A stretch of 64,000 nucleotides of DNA from Phoronis australis (lineage: Eukaryota; Animalia; Phoronida). Position 1 is the first letter of the stretch. Each line of letters opens with the position of its first letter. A program made the translations under genes and the position numbers. A model generated the notes under the pieces. That model was not told the origin of the DNA, searched no databases, and saw nothing but the letters and a program-made list of their open reading frames with translations. Of this stretch, positions 28,759 through 40,145 are shown in pieces. The stretch is from the NCBI GenBank assembly GCA_002633005.1, contig NMRA01000190.1, positions 124,001-188,000 on the forward strand, read 5' to 3'.

Positions 28759-29584
28759 GTAAGTAGCCATCCTGCGGAGTTCAGGTGTCAAGATATACGG
28801 CATGACTGTACAAATAATGCAATGATGGAGCTGTTACCTCTAGCGGTATTTTTGACATGTTGAACTGACCTATTCTTAGCTTGTAGTTACAGGTCTGTGC
28901 ACCTCTGAAAGCACAAACAATTGCAGCCCTACTTGCGTTGGAAAAACTTTTGTTCAATCATCATGTTACAACTGCCAGGCCTTGATATGCTGTTTTTTCT
29001 GCACCAGTCAACATCTTGCCCGGTTCCTGAAGTAGCTTTGTTCATTTTCACATGGTTTCTGTATCTCTTATCTTGCTTTGGGTATGTACTTGGATGGGGT
29101 ACACAAGACCTCTCAAAATGCTTTTGAATGTCATGGTATGCTGTTCAATTATTGGGCTCATAATCACGGCCAGTTACCCCCTGTTGAGTTATGGGCGTTC
29201 ATTTCTTTTGCACAAAGGACAGTAGACAATCATGCCACTTGCAGTTCTAAAATCAATTTCAAGCTCCTTACTTGATTAGTAGTAGTTTCTGGGCTTTCTA
29301 AGCACTAGGTTGACTTGTACAGGTGGGTGATTTTATGCCTGTGCATGGCTTCAAGTAATAACAAACTGGCTGCTCATCTCAAGCCCAGAAATTATGTCTT
29401 GTCTGAGCCAGGAGCAAGCTGAGTGAGACCAAACTTGTAATGGAATGTGTATGAAGCAAAAATGAGCCTTTTTGGCAGGAGGCTAGGTCATAGCGGCTTT
29501 AAAAAAGATAGCAATAGGATTACTTGGCTAAACGTTATAACATCCACTTGAATCCATTGACGAGATCACTTGATTTGTTTCCAG

Positions 29585-29745
29585 TGGTGGGTAACAAAGT
29601 GGATCTGACCACACGGACCGTTGACACGAATCAGGCAAAGCAGGTAGCCACCACATTCGGTATACAGTACGTGGAGACATCGGCGAAGACACGGCAAGGC
29701 GTTGACGAAGCATTTTACACACTAGTTAGGGAAATAAGGAAGTTT
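29585..29745 (+). CDS. Ras: Ras coding exon (L113-F166, G4 NKVD and G5 ETSAK)
   Basis: gtttccag acceptor, gtaagt donor; VGNKVDL...[26 protein letters not shown]. Confidence 0.97.
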
Positions 29746-30155
29746 GTAAGTTATCAAATAAATGCCAGCATATTGCTTTTCATTTTTGCTTGAATGCTTT
29801 ATCAGTGGCTTATTAACTAAAAATTAAAAAAATATCCAATACTAGTTTTCTGGTAGGAGACATATCCCTTGTGCACCCTGATATCTAACAGAAAATGCCA
29901 AGACAACAAATGGAAAAAAATTATCGCACATATTCCTCGAACGTGCCTGGAGCCGTTTCTTGTTTTTTTTCTTTAGGTCTTAACTCGTAGTTTTATTAAT
30001 ACCTCCTACAATCAAAGTTTGGGAAATAAAATTGGGATAGTTTTGTATCTAAACTATTAAATCCACTGAGAAGCAAGAAACCATTAATCTTCTTCATTCA
30101 GTTTCTGAGTTTTATGTCAGTGTACTAGTTTTATGGTATTTTGAATGTGTTGCAG

Positions 30156-30212
30156 AAAGATAGAAAAGGAAAAAAGGTAAAGAACAAGAAACGAAAGTGC
30201 AGCCTTCTATAA
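30156..30212 (+). CDS. Ras: Ras terminal exon: polybasic hypervariable region plus CaaX (KDRKGKKVKNKKRKCSLL*)
   Basis: gttgcag acceptor in phase 0; K/R-rich tail, CSLL, TAA. Confidence 0.93.
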   Translation, partial: KDRKGKKVKNKKRKCSLL

Positions 30213-32583
30213 GTATCTGTCCTTCATTGGTGACTTGTAGATGAGCGTTCTATTGGTCAGCTTGGACTAACGTTTGACATATTTTGGGGAGGATGCACTT
30301 GTCAACCTCAACTCTTGTATCCAGGAAACATGACGTGGAGATGGATTAGAGGAAGAATTTGTAATTGTTCGATTTATTATGCGAGACGCATTCAATTGTT
30401 TTGATTTTCAGTTCTATGTCCATTGTTGTATTAAGAATTTGACATTATATTATCCAATGTTCAATTAACCAGGTGACAACAGGTGCATTTCTACCTTTAA
30501 TGTTTAAAAATCAGTTCTGCACATCCTTGTTAAAGGCCCAGGCGTAAGTTTTAGGGAATTAAGTTGTTCTTTCACAAGTCGTATGAGATAAGGATGGCGT
30601 GGCTCTCGACTGGCACGGTCTGTTCCATAACACTTACACATACACATGAATGTATAGCTATTTTTAATTATTTCATACTGAAATCATTGCTGTCAATTTT
30701 ACTAATGATTGAATATTGCTCGTTCTAATGAAGGAACAGAAAATCATGGATCTCGCTGAAGAGTGTTTAGTAATGCTCTGAAAATGAATGAATCGTGTTG
30801 AGAGTTGTGAGTTTCATTTGAATTGTAGGTTTAACCATTGTTGTCAAATACTTCGGATAGGTGGCAGTGTCATATTTTTGTGGCTATTTGAACTTGATTA
30901 GTGGTATGATTGAATTTTGAAAATACTATGGGGATTTATATTTTTATACGGTCACTTATGTTTTTGAGTGGCACTCGTAAATCTAATGTTCTGCTGACGC
31001 TCTAGGAACAGCAGTATTAACAATGAAAACAGTAAAGCTTGTAATAGAAGCCCAGATGTTTATTTAGTGCAGTCATGTTGCAGGCCCTGTCTCTATTAGG
31101 AAGACAGTTATTGGAGACTTGCTTGTTAATGGACCCGTCCTGGATTGAACTCTCCTCTTTCATGGAGGTAGAAAAACGTATTGCATGATTGACCTACTTT
31201 TCAAAGTGGGCATTGTAGCTCAATATGCTTGCATCGCAATGATGAATTACATCATAATTAGGATATGAGACCGTCACTAGTATATTTCATGGGCGGCCCC
31301 CAACTTTTTTCAGTGCTGTGTCGCCCGTGTATTTGTCAGTGAAGCAGCAGGGCAAGTGCTTGACACATTTTGCATTTTGGGTATATACCTTAGAATGAGA
31401 GTGTTGCTATGCTATTTCAGGATGGATCTATTAGGTCAAAGCTATGATAATAAACAGTGAAAAGTGACCTCAGTCAGTTGTCGACTCCAAGGTTACAAAT
31501 CTATCTCTGACCTGACTTGTATTGGAGACCAAATGTTTACTAGTTCCAGTTCTCCCAACTTGTAATAATGACTGGTTGCTAGTAAACGCAGGCTTTTGTT
31601 GGAAGCTTTACAGCACATGGTGAACATGAATTGATGTTGCCTGATTTGTGCTTCGTTTGTGCATGATTTTTTACTGGTTTTGGTTTCATTTTAATATTAA
31701 TAAACAGTTCAAGCATCTACCACATTTACACTAAATGTGAAGGGATATAGGTTATCTAGTAATAGGGTTATGTTTTCGAATAGAACAGTGCTTGATCTGA
31801 AATTGTTCTGACTGTGGATTCAGGTTCTTGACAGCAACTTCTGGGATCATGCAAGGTGACACATTTGTTTTGAATCAGTTCACAAGTAAACTAAAGCATC
31901 AACCATTAAAAGTTAATACTTGCACATGCCCCTCCACAAGAAAGAAAACGTGAAAGGTGTCTTGCACTGTATGCTAACTAATATACTGGTCTAGTCAGGG
32001 TCGAGAGAGGTATCATTTTCAGTGTTGTCCACAACAGATAATCAAGGGTTGACAGGTTTTACTAAATTCTTATACAGGTAGGGAGATCGGAGTCATTGTG
32101 GGCTCTCTGTGATATTCACCCACTAGACTGGTACAAAATATAGTATTTTTGTGTATTTAGCGCTTTGCACCGACATGGAAAGCTGTACCTATATCTGGAA
32201 TTGCCTAAAATTGAGGAGAAACTTTTTATTGGCTTGTGACTTGTCAGTTATTAAAGCGGTGTTGGTTGTATTCAGTTCAACATGAAGTATTTAAGTGGTA
32301 AGTGGATAAAAGACGCTGAGAAAGAAAAGCCAAAAGACTGTTAGGAAGTGTTTTTAAAATGACTTACTGGGGGCTATAAAACATGATTTTTATTTTAAAA
32401 AAGGTTGCATCTAAAGAAAATGAAATAATTTTGTAAACTAACAGGATTTTTGAAATTTTGTCATGTTATTGAGGCTGTTATTTTGGTGTGGTTGTACCTT
32501 TTTTTCTAAATTATACTTAATCACATGATTCAATATGTGGCTGATTGGTCAAAAATTAAATTCCACAGGCTTTTTACTCAGAA

Positions 32584-32622
32584 AATAAATACTTGTTTAA
32601 GATTTATATGTTTGTAAATAAA
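32584..32622 (+). terminator. Candidate Ras polyadenylation signals (AATAAA x2), implying a ~2.4-kb 3' UTR
   Basis: aataaa at 32584 and 32617 followed by GT-rich sequence; other AATAAA occur upstream, so the site is uncertain. Confidence 0.4.
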
Positions 32623-32659
32623 GTTTAGCTGTATACACTGACTTGTGGATAAAGTGTTT

Positions 32660-32845
32660 GTATACAAGTAATATCAGCCAGACTTGTTGATATAGTGTAT
32701 GTATACAAGTAATATCAGCCAGACTTGTTGATATAGTGTATGTATACAAGTAATATCAGCCAGACTTGTTGATATAGTGTATGTATACAAGTAATATCAG
32801 CCAGACTTGTTGATATAGTGTATGTATACAAGTAATATCAGCCAG
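32660..32845. repeat. 41-bp minisatellite, ~4.5 identical copies
   Basis: Unit gtatacaagtaatatcagccagacttgttgatatagtgtat repeated head to tail with no spacers. Confidence 0.95.
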
Positions 32846-33866
32846 CACCTATGTGTGAAGCACAGGTGCTTTGGCTAAAATTCCAAATTTGAGTAAACAA
32901 AATTTCTTCAAAAAAGCGGATTGTTTCGGATATAGGCCCATGTGGCTAAATGCCTGCAGATAAATGGTTCTTGGCACACTATGCTGAACACGTGACCAAT
33001 CCCAAATATGGGACTGGTTTTAGTTTTTTAAACGAACGGCGTCAAACACCTCACGATCATATCCTAACGGGTTAGACAGGTTGTGGAAAACACTGAATGG
33101 TGTACGAAAACTAGAGACTGTGCTGGTCCGTTAATGGTTAGTGCGTTTAGATTGAGAAAATAATTGCCAATGAGAAATGTGCTCATCAACGTGGAATTAT
33201 ACTTCAAATCGTAGGGTACTCTGCTGTTTGACTTGGGGCGGTATCAGGCTCATGGTTGATTTACTTTCAGTATAATTTGCAAGAAACAGATCTCGATGGT
33301 TAGTGACTCCAAGTGTCCTATACCGTGTGAGGATACTTTCCGTTTGTTGTGGGCGAGTCGGTGGCCCAGTGTTGTTATCATAGCCAGCTCATTGCTTAGA
33401 ATTGTTAGTTATGGCTACCCAAGCTTTCAGTCTTATAGTGGAATTAAAAATCCGACTTGTCTTGCCTTTCCATTCTGGTATGATTATGTTTTTTACAATT
33501 TTTGGAAATTCATGATCGTGCACTGGAGCTTGTACATGTTGAAGCTGTGGAGACCGTGGTTGTTTTCTGAAATAAATTTAACCACTTAATACTTGGTATC
33601 CACTCTACTTTGCATTGTTTTGCCTAAACTGCGCGTAGAAATAATTGCAGAAAGAAAGGTTGTTGATTTCTTCACTTACAATTTATCTCGTCAAATTCCG
33701 GGTGTGATTACAGGAATAATTTGGTTATAACTTAACCTGATCGTTACATGCAATAATTGTTGATTTATTGTAGGTGAAAAGGAAATCGCCTATTTTAGTG
33801 AAGATTCAGTGCAATCTAAAACTGTTCCATTATAGGGCCTTTTGCATGTAATGTTCAATACTTTCC

Positions 33867-34105
33867 ATGCGCGCACCCAGCCGTAAAAAATTGGGGGCTC
33901 GAATTTTTTAGAAGGTGCACCTTTGATTAAGACGGTTCACGGGATACGTTCAGAGCTATGAACTGCATTCGCCGAATTTTGGTAGTTCCTGCCTTTTTAG
34001 TGGACTTTTGTATCGTTTTCTACTTTTTTCGGGGTTTTCGTTTCTGAGGCGGACTTTTTTTTGCCCACTTCGCCAAATGGGGGCTCGTTGGAGCCTTCTG
34101 CATGC
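33867..34105 (-). mobile_element. CATGCGCGCACCCAG MITE family copy (reverse orientation, degenerate)
   Basis: Starts catgcgcgcacccag; ttgcccacttcgccaaatggggg is the reverse complement of internal sequence of the 38116 copy. Confidence 0.7.
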
Positions 34106-34374
34106 TTTCATTTACAGCCGTTTCTCAAGTTTCCATGAATCGCATTCCCTTCTGCAACTCATAGACTGTAAAGCCATAAAAGGTCAAAGGTGATACTTTT
34201 TTATCAACTCCTCCCCGCTCGCATCTGACTATATCGGTCAGTTGTAAACCGTCACTGCACACGCACTGAATTTCCAGTAATCCGCTATAAAATTTAAACC
34301 GGAACTTGCGAGCATCAGTTAGGTTTGCCAGAAAAAATATTTTCAAACGTACCAGAACAACCTTCCTAAGTAAA

Positions 34375-34740
34375 AGCATGAAATTTTTGAGACATCCAGT
34401 TGAGAAAACGTAAAGCTTGAGTCTTATACTGGAATAAAAACTTACAAAATTTAGCGACGCTGCGTCCGCACCTCGGGACTTCAGCTTGGCTTGTGACGTT
34501 ATCGTTATTCTGGCCAAGTGGCGTTTTGACCAGACGGCGCGGCATTGACATCAGAGCATTATCCCATACGTGTGACAAATTGTATCTTAAACCGCCTCTT
34601 TTATTTAAAGAGGTACTCTCAATGCGCTCATGGAGAGCTTCCTTTACACCCCTTCTGAACCAGTCTTCCTCACAGTCTAGGTTAGTGACATCAGTATTGA
34701 AATCATGTCGATGCACAGGTAGCTAAAAATAGCCAAATCC
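34375..34740 (-). mobile_element. Penelope-like element relic, inverted copy (C-terminal part of GIY-YIG endonuclease and pLTR)
   Basis: LDCEEDWFRRGVKEALHERIESTSLNKRGGLRYNLSHVWD is typical of the PLE endonuclease C-terminus. Confidence 0.85.
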
Positions 34741-34799
34741 TAATGACGATGTTATTATCTTTCCTCAAATTCACCAAGGTCTTTCGCCCATCACTACTT

Positions 34800-35385
34800 A
34801 AATCAGATTTAATTGGTTTAGCGTTCTACTGCATACCCTCATCCTCGAGAGGACATTTAAAACAGTTTGACATTTCTATCACCCACAAACCGTTTAATTC
34901 TCTCTGCATTCAACTGGTTAATGTCAACTATAGGACAAGACACCCAAGGGTAATAAATCATGTGTTGTCTATGGTGTTCAGTGTAAGGATCCCCAGTGCT
35001 CAGACAGTTACATAGATGAAACGAAACAGCCCATAAAATAGCGTATGTCACAACATCGTCGTCCTAGTTATAGGAACACTTAGGATTCGGCTATTTTTAG
35101 CCACCTGTGCGTGGACATGATTTCAATACCGATGATGTCACTATCATAGACTGTGAGGAAGACTGGTTCAGAAGGGGTGTAAAGGAAGCTCTCCATAAGC
35201 GCATGAGGTGCGCCGTCTGGTCAAAACGCCACCAATTGGCCATAATAACGATAACGTCACAAGCAAAGCTGTCCGTGAGATGCGAACGCAACATCGCTAA
35301 TTTTTGTAAGTTTTTATTCCAGTATTAGACTCAAACTTTTATCAACCTTCTTAAGTGTTGGAAGGTTTTCTTCAAGAACATATTG
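34800..35385 (+). mobile_element. Penelope-like retroelement 3' relic with degenerate GIY-YIG endonuclease
   Basis: KQFDISITHKPFNSLCIQLV, then VVYGVQCKDPQCSDSYIDETKQPIK*RMSQHRRP, then HDFNTDDVTIIDCEEDWFRRGVKEAL; contains stops and frameshifts. Confidence 0.85.
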
Positions 35386-36381
35386 ACTGGCACTGAAGCG
35401 GCATGCTATAGGCCCACTGTGCATTTCACTGGAAGCGGGTTTTTCTCGGTGAACCGGCTCGAAGCGTTAACTTGTCAACAATTTTCAAGCATTGAACGAT
35501 ACTCTTGTTGTAAAAATGATAGCGTTAACACATTTTGAATCAAATCACAAATTGAAGGCCTGCAATACACAGGCTGAAGCAAACGAAAACAATAGCTCCT
35601 TTTAGTACGTGTCACTTTTGTTTATGCGCTACGGCACGAGTGGGAAACGAGTAGTACTTTTTAACTTGATGCTGACTTAGAATCGTAAATCCTTTCAATT
35701 CGAAGCAGATTGTATTCACAACCACAGTTAAGCCTATGACGTGATTGCACCAATGTTGTAATAATGAATGGTGCCATCATGGTACGGTCGCACCATAGTA
35801 CATAGTGTCCGTAGATTGAAGAATGTGAACCAAATCTCAGTACTGAGGCCTACTGAGGCACACGGGAACGGAAGAATGTTTTGAATCCTTTTTACATCAA
35901 TACCATAAACCGTTTTGCCAGTCTTGTGCAACACGCATTTACGTGAAAATATGTGTCTGTCATCAATATAAAGATATAATATCTTTACCAAGTACATAGG
36001 CGGATTTAAAGGGGGCAGGGGGTCCACCTCCCCCCCCCCCGGCCCCCCTTGACTGCGGTAAAAAACAGCAAGAGCGTGGGGAAATGTTGAGTTTATAAAT
36101 TAACCCCGGTAATTAAAATTATATGGCTGAAACAAGATTTAAATGTGTACAGTTTTAGTGTCAAATTCGGAACACGGCGCAATCGTAACGGAACTATGGC
36201 TAAGTACAGGCTCTCCCGCCCAGGCGACCGGCAGTGGCGCTGGGCACTACGACACCGTTTCCGTCGTCTGCTCCACTTTGCAATGAAGAAAATTGCTTCA
36301 TTTTTTAAAGAAAATGGAATCTGAGCAGACCTGCCAAGGGGTTATAACAACTGCTGGAGGTTGGTTGAAATTTTGATTGAG

Positions 36382-36648
36382 CATGCGCGCACCCAGGGGG
36401 GGGGGCTCCCCCCATTTGGAGAAGTGGGCAAAAAGGTCCGCCCCTGAGAGACAAAATATCCGAGGAAATGGGACAAAAGTCCAGTAAATAAGCGCAAACG
36501 CGCAATTCACAGTGGTGCTCCCGTTTTTTTTTTAGTCCGCCCGCTCTTTTGTTTTTTTTTTTTTTTAGTCCGCCCGCTCTTTTGTTAGCAAAAGGTCCAT
36601 AACGTCAGGAATCCGAGCCCCCCAGTTTGAAGGCTGGGTGCGCATACG
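36382..36648 (+). mobile_element. MITE C (CATGCGCGCACCCAG TIR) nested in element B
   Basis: catgcgcgcacccag ... ctgggtgcgcatacg flanked by ttgag on both sides; homologous to 38116-38340. Confidence 0.8.
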
Positions 36649-36874
36649 TTGAGATTGGACAAATTTGCTCAAATTTTGCTTGAGGTTCCTGGCGATATCT
36701 TCTCTAACTATCAAACTTTATATATCCTAAAATATGACTTAACTAGTCATATTACATTAATAAAAACCATTTTATTTCATGAAAATGATATTACATCGTC
36801 TTTATAACAAAGAATACCGATAATAATGTGCACTACGTGGCAGAGTGCTCCGCATGTCACTCGACTCATCGTCA

Positions 36875-37734
36875 CATTGGCGGATCTAGGATATCATAAG
36901 GGGGGCAACATTTTGTCCGGCTGTAAGCATTTGCGCAAACTGAACCACGATTGTAGATGCGCATAGCACCGAATGGGGGGAGGTCGTTAAGGGGGCAAAC
37001 CCCCCTCCCGCCTAGGAAATTTTTCTGTTTTTACCTCTAAAAATCAAGCATTTTCCTTGATTCCTGAAGTATTATCCAAGAAAAAGGAAAAAAAAACGTA
37101 TAACGTGTCAAACAGGAAAAACTGAAAGTACCAAAGACTCGAAGAGCGCGCGTGCGTTACCACTACACCACCACAATTTAACTCGTACTAAGTGACCTAC
37201 TTGTTTATGGTCCACAGCGTTTGCGCGCGAAACCTACTTCTTTTTGTAATGCTTATTACACGTTGTATATTTTGTGTCATCAATTCTTAACAAATTTGTC
37301 ATATTTAAAATGCCTAAAAGACCAAATCCGTTTTTCGTGTTAGCAATAATGACGGGATTGCTTTGGAAATCGTCTTAAGATAAGGTTTGACAAAGAAAGT
37401 TTTGCGAGTTTCTGAGAGATTCACATCTTACCAGCAGCTTCTGTTTTTTCATCGTCACTCAGGTTCCATTTTCTTTAAAAAATGAAGTAAATTTTCTTCA
37501 TTGCACAGTGGAGCAGACGACGGAAACGGAGTCGTAGTGCGCAGCGCCACTGCCGGTCGCCTGGGATATCGCGGGAGAGCCCCCAACACTAAAACTGCAC
37601 ACATTTAAATCTTTTTTCATCCGTATAATTTTAATTACCGGGGTTAATTAATAAACTCAACATTTCCCTACGCTCTTACTGTTTTATTTTTTGCGGCAGC
37701 CAGGGGGGAGGGGGAGGAAGCGGGCCTAAATCCG
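36875..37734 (-). mobile_element. Second, inverted copy of element A nested inside element B (5-bp TSD CGTCA)
   Basis: Reverse-complement match to 35995-36325 plus 37907-38797; cgtca flanks both ends. Confidence 0.8.
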
Positions 37735-38115
37735 CGTCAACACCGCTAAGGATCATATAACCACGATATAAGCGTAGAAAACTAGGTTTTTTAAAATTTA
37801 CAACCAAAAATTCATTTTGCGTGAGATAGCTTAAGGCTCGCGTGAGGCAGTGGCCAAATGCGTGAGACTCACGCGAGATGCGTGAGACTTGGCAGGTCTG
37901 TCTGAGTGATGATGAAAAAACAGAAGATGCTGGTAAGATGTCAATTTTAATCGAAGCCTTAGTGAATCACTCAGAAACTCATAATTCTCTCTTTGTCAAA
38001 CCTTAAACTAAGACGATTTCCAACGCAATCCCGTCATTATTGCCAACACGAAAAACGGATTTGGTCTTTTGGGCAATTGAAGACTATTTTAAATACAACA
38101 AATTTGTTACGAACT

Positions 38116-38340
38116 CATGCGCACACCCAGGGGGCTCGAACAAGCCCCATTTGGCGAAGTGGGCAAAAAGGTCCGCCCACGAGTGACAAAAAGTCCGATA
38201 AAATGGGATAAAAGTCCACTAAAAAAGCACAAACGCGCGTTTTTGTTTTTGTTTTTTAGTCCGCCCGCCCTTTTGTTTGCAAAAAGTTCACAGTGTCGGC
38301 AATTCGAGCCCCCCCATATTGAAGCCTGGGTGCGCGCATG
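38116..38340 (+). mobile_element. MITE C copy with 6-bp TSD CGAACT nested in element A
   Basis: cgaact|catgcgcacacccag ... ctgggtgcgcgcatg|cgaact. Confidence 0.9.
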
Positions 38341-38492
38341 CGAACTAATTCACAAAATATAAAACATGTAATAAGCATTACAAAAAGAAGGAGGCATAGG
38401 CATGTTAAGATGTCTATGGAAGGAGGTTTCGCGCGCAAACGCTGTGGACCATAAACAAGTAGGTTTCTTAGTATCAAATTAAGACTTAAATC

Positions 38493-38556
38493 GTAGTGGT
38501 GCAGTGGTAAAGCACGCGCGCTCTAACCGCCGGGTCGTGAGTTCGAGTCTGTGGTA
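38493..38556 (+). pseudogene. tRNA-derived (SINE-head-like) segment inside element A
   Basis: A-box-like tggtgcagtggta and B-box gttcgagtc at tRNA-like spacing; no intact acceptor stem; a partly deleted counterpart sits at ~37130-37176. Confidence 0.55.
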
Positions 38557-38834
38557 TATGCAGTTTTTCCTGTTTGACACTTTCTCAGCGTTTTTATTTT
38601 TTGCCTTTTTTCTTGGATAATACTTCGGGAATCAAGGAAAATGTTTGATTTTTAGAGGAAAAAACAGACAAATTTCCTGGGCGGAGGAAAACCCTCCTCC
38701 CGACCTCCCCCATTCGGTGCTATGCGCATCTACAATCGTGCTTTGAGCAAATGTTTACAGACAAAATGTTGGGCCCCCCTTGTGATATCCGCCCCTAAAG
38801 TATAACTTGGCATGGAGCGACCGTGATCAGCAGC

Positions 38835-39082
38835 CTACTGAGCGTCAACTTTTTTAAGCGATGGCTTCAAGATTTCGTTCAGTGTGTTTTCGTTGTGCTC
38901 AGGACACGTGGGCTTTAGTTCACAGTACTTCTTGCGTGTCTTGCAACACTTTTCCTTCAAGTTGGGGTGACCACACTGTTCTTCGAGTGACCCCATGGTG
39001 AAAATATTGGCGCAAGTTGGCTCCGTGAGGAGGGGGGCATCTGAGTGATAAAACCTTGTTCCTTTGACGTCACTTTCACAAG
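38835..39082 (-). CDS. Secreted Cys-rich protein, terminal exon (third six-Cys module and C-terminal tail)
   Basis: gtttcag acceptor in phase 1; CESDVK...PTCANIF...QCGHPNLKEKCCKTRKKYCELKPTC...VDAQ*; same motif as the two upstream exons. Confidence 0.85.
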
Positions 39083-39788
39083 CTGAAACGACCACATTCC
39101 TTCAGCCTCGAGGACAAAATGTGTTCACGTCAAATCAAATGCGACAACTTTGACCTTGACATAGAGGACAAATAACAAGTAATGTCCGAACTACGTTTGC
39201 GGGGGTTTGAAGCTTTTAGTGAACTTAAGAGGAATATTTTTCTTAATATACACACTGTCAACTGTGCATGTTTAATCTAATTCCTAACAACTTGCTGCAC
39301 CCCGGGCATAAGTATACCACCAATGCGTACATTTCACAGGCTTATAGTAGCCTGTTACAAATGTGGACGCACCCTCTTTGACGCCCTTCTTTCGCCCGCC
39401 AGCCTCCGGCAGATTTCACGTGACCACAGAAAAAACATTTTTCTTTCAAATAGAAGAGCAAAAACCACCATTACAAATATTGATTTCTGAATTAATGTCA
39501 ACTGTGTCATTCGTCCCGTAATTTTTGTGCCTTGCAAAGAAAAGTTTGGGATTCCAGAAATGAGAAAAACTCATCAAGTAACAGTAAAACCATTTCCTAG
39601 TATACAGTTACAGAGTATTTTGGAGACGCCTGTACATTGTTGTTGTGCACGTCTTACTAACATCGTGTTCGGAGAGCGCGTTGAGATAAAAACAAATTTG
39701 GTGCCAAAATGAACTTAGACTAACGTTTTCAGAGACACTTATTAAATTACTGTTTCCTGCAAATAACTGGATGACATTGGTTACTTAC

Positions 39789-39920
39789 GACAGTACTTCG
39801 TGCGCGTTACACAGCAGTGATGGATAACTAGATGGTGGTCGCAGAGTACAGTGGAGCGAGACAGAAGATTGTCGCATGTTTCTCCCCCATTGAAAGTAAC
39901 AACGCTGTCGACTAGGCAGG
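39789..39920 (-). CDS. Secreted Cys-rich protein, exon with second six-Cys module
   Basis: attctag acceptor, gtaagt donor, phase 1-1; CLVDSVVTFNGGETCDNLLSRSTVLCDHHLVIHHCCVTRTKYC. Confidence 0.88.
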
Positions 39921-40145
39921 CTAGAATTATGATAAAACCTGTTAGTGTGACCCCAAGATTATAGCCTTCCACGGCATTCATTGGCACCGAAATAGCTAGG
40001 TTCCTAATTTTATCAATAATACTATGGATAAAACCATCAACAACACTTTCAGTCCCCGTAAATCTTGAACCATCAGGTCGGTCACAGTAAGGCCCTATCA
40101 CACATTTCCGTCTTGAATGAAACCCGAACAACAAATAGACCTTAC

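Larger units (their letters stand above)
36326..37900. mobile_element. Nested element B, TIR CAGACCTGCCAAG, 6-bp TSD TCTGAG
   Basis: tctgag|cagacctgccaag ... cttggcaggtctg|tctgag. Confidence 0.85.
35995..38797. mobile_element. Outer hAT-like element A (5-bp TSD AAGTA) hosting nested insertions
   Basis: aagta|cataggcggattta ... gatatccgccccta|aagta; removing the inner insertions restores the sequence seen in the inverted copy at 36875-37734. Confidence 0.8.

Noticed and set aside
32660-32845. 41-bp repeats as a CRISPR array
   Set aside because: No unique spacers, no cas genes, eukaryotic context
35340-35470. Hammerhead ribozyme in the Penelope pLTR
   Set aside because: Stem-like pairs are present, but intact CUGANGA and GAAA core motifs in the right arrangement are not
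38493-38556. Functional tRNA gene
   Set aside because: No acceptor-stem pairing or clear anticodon arm, and it is embedded in a repeat
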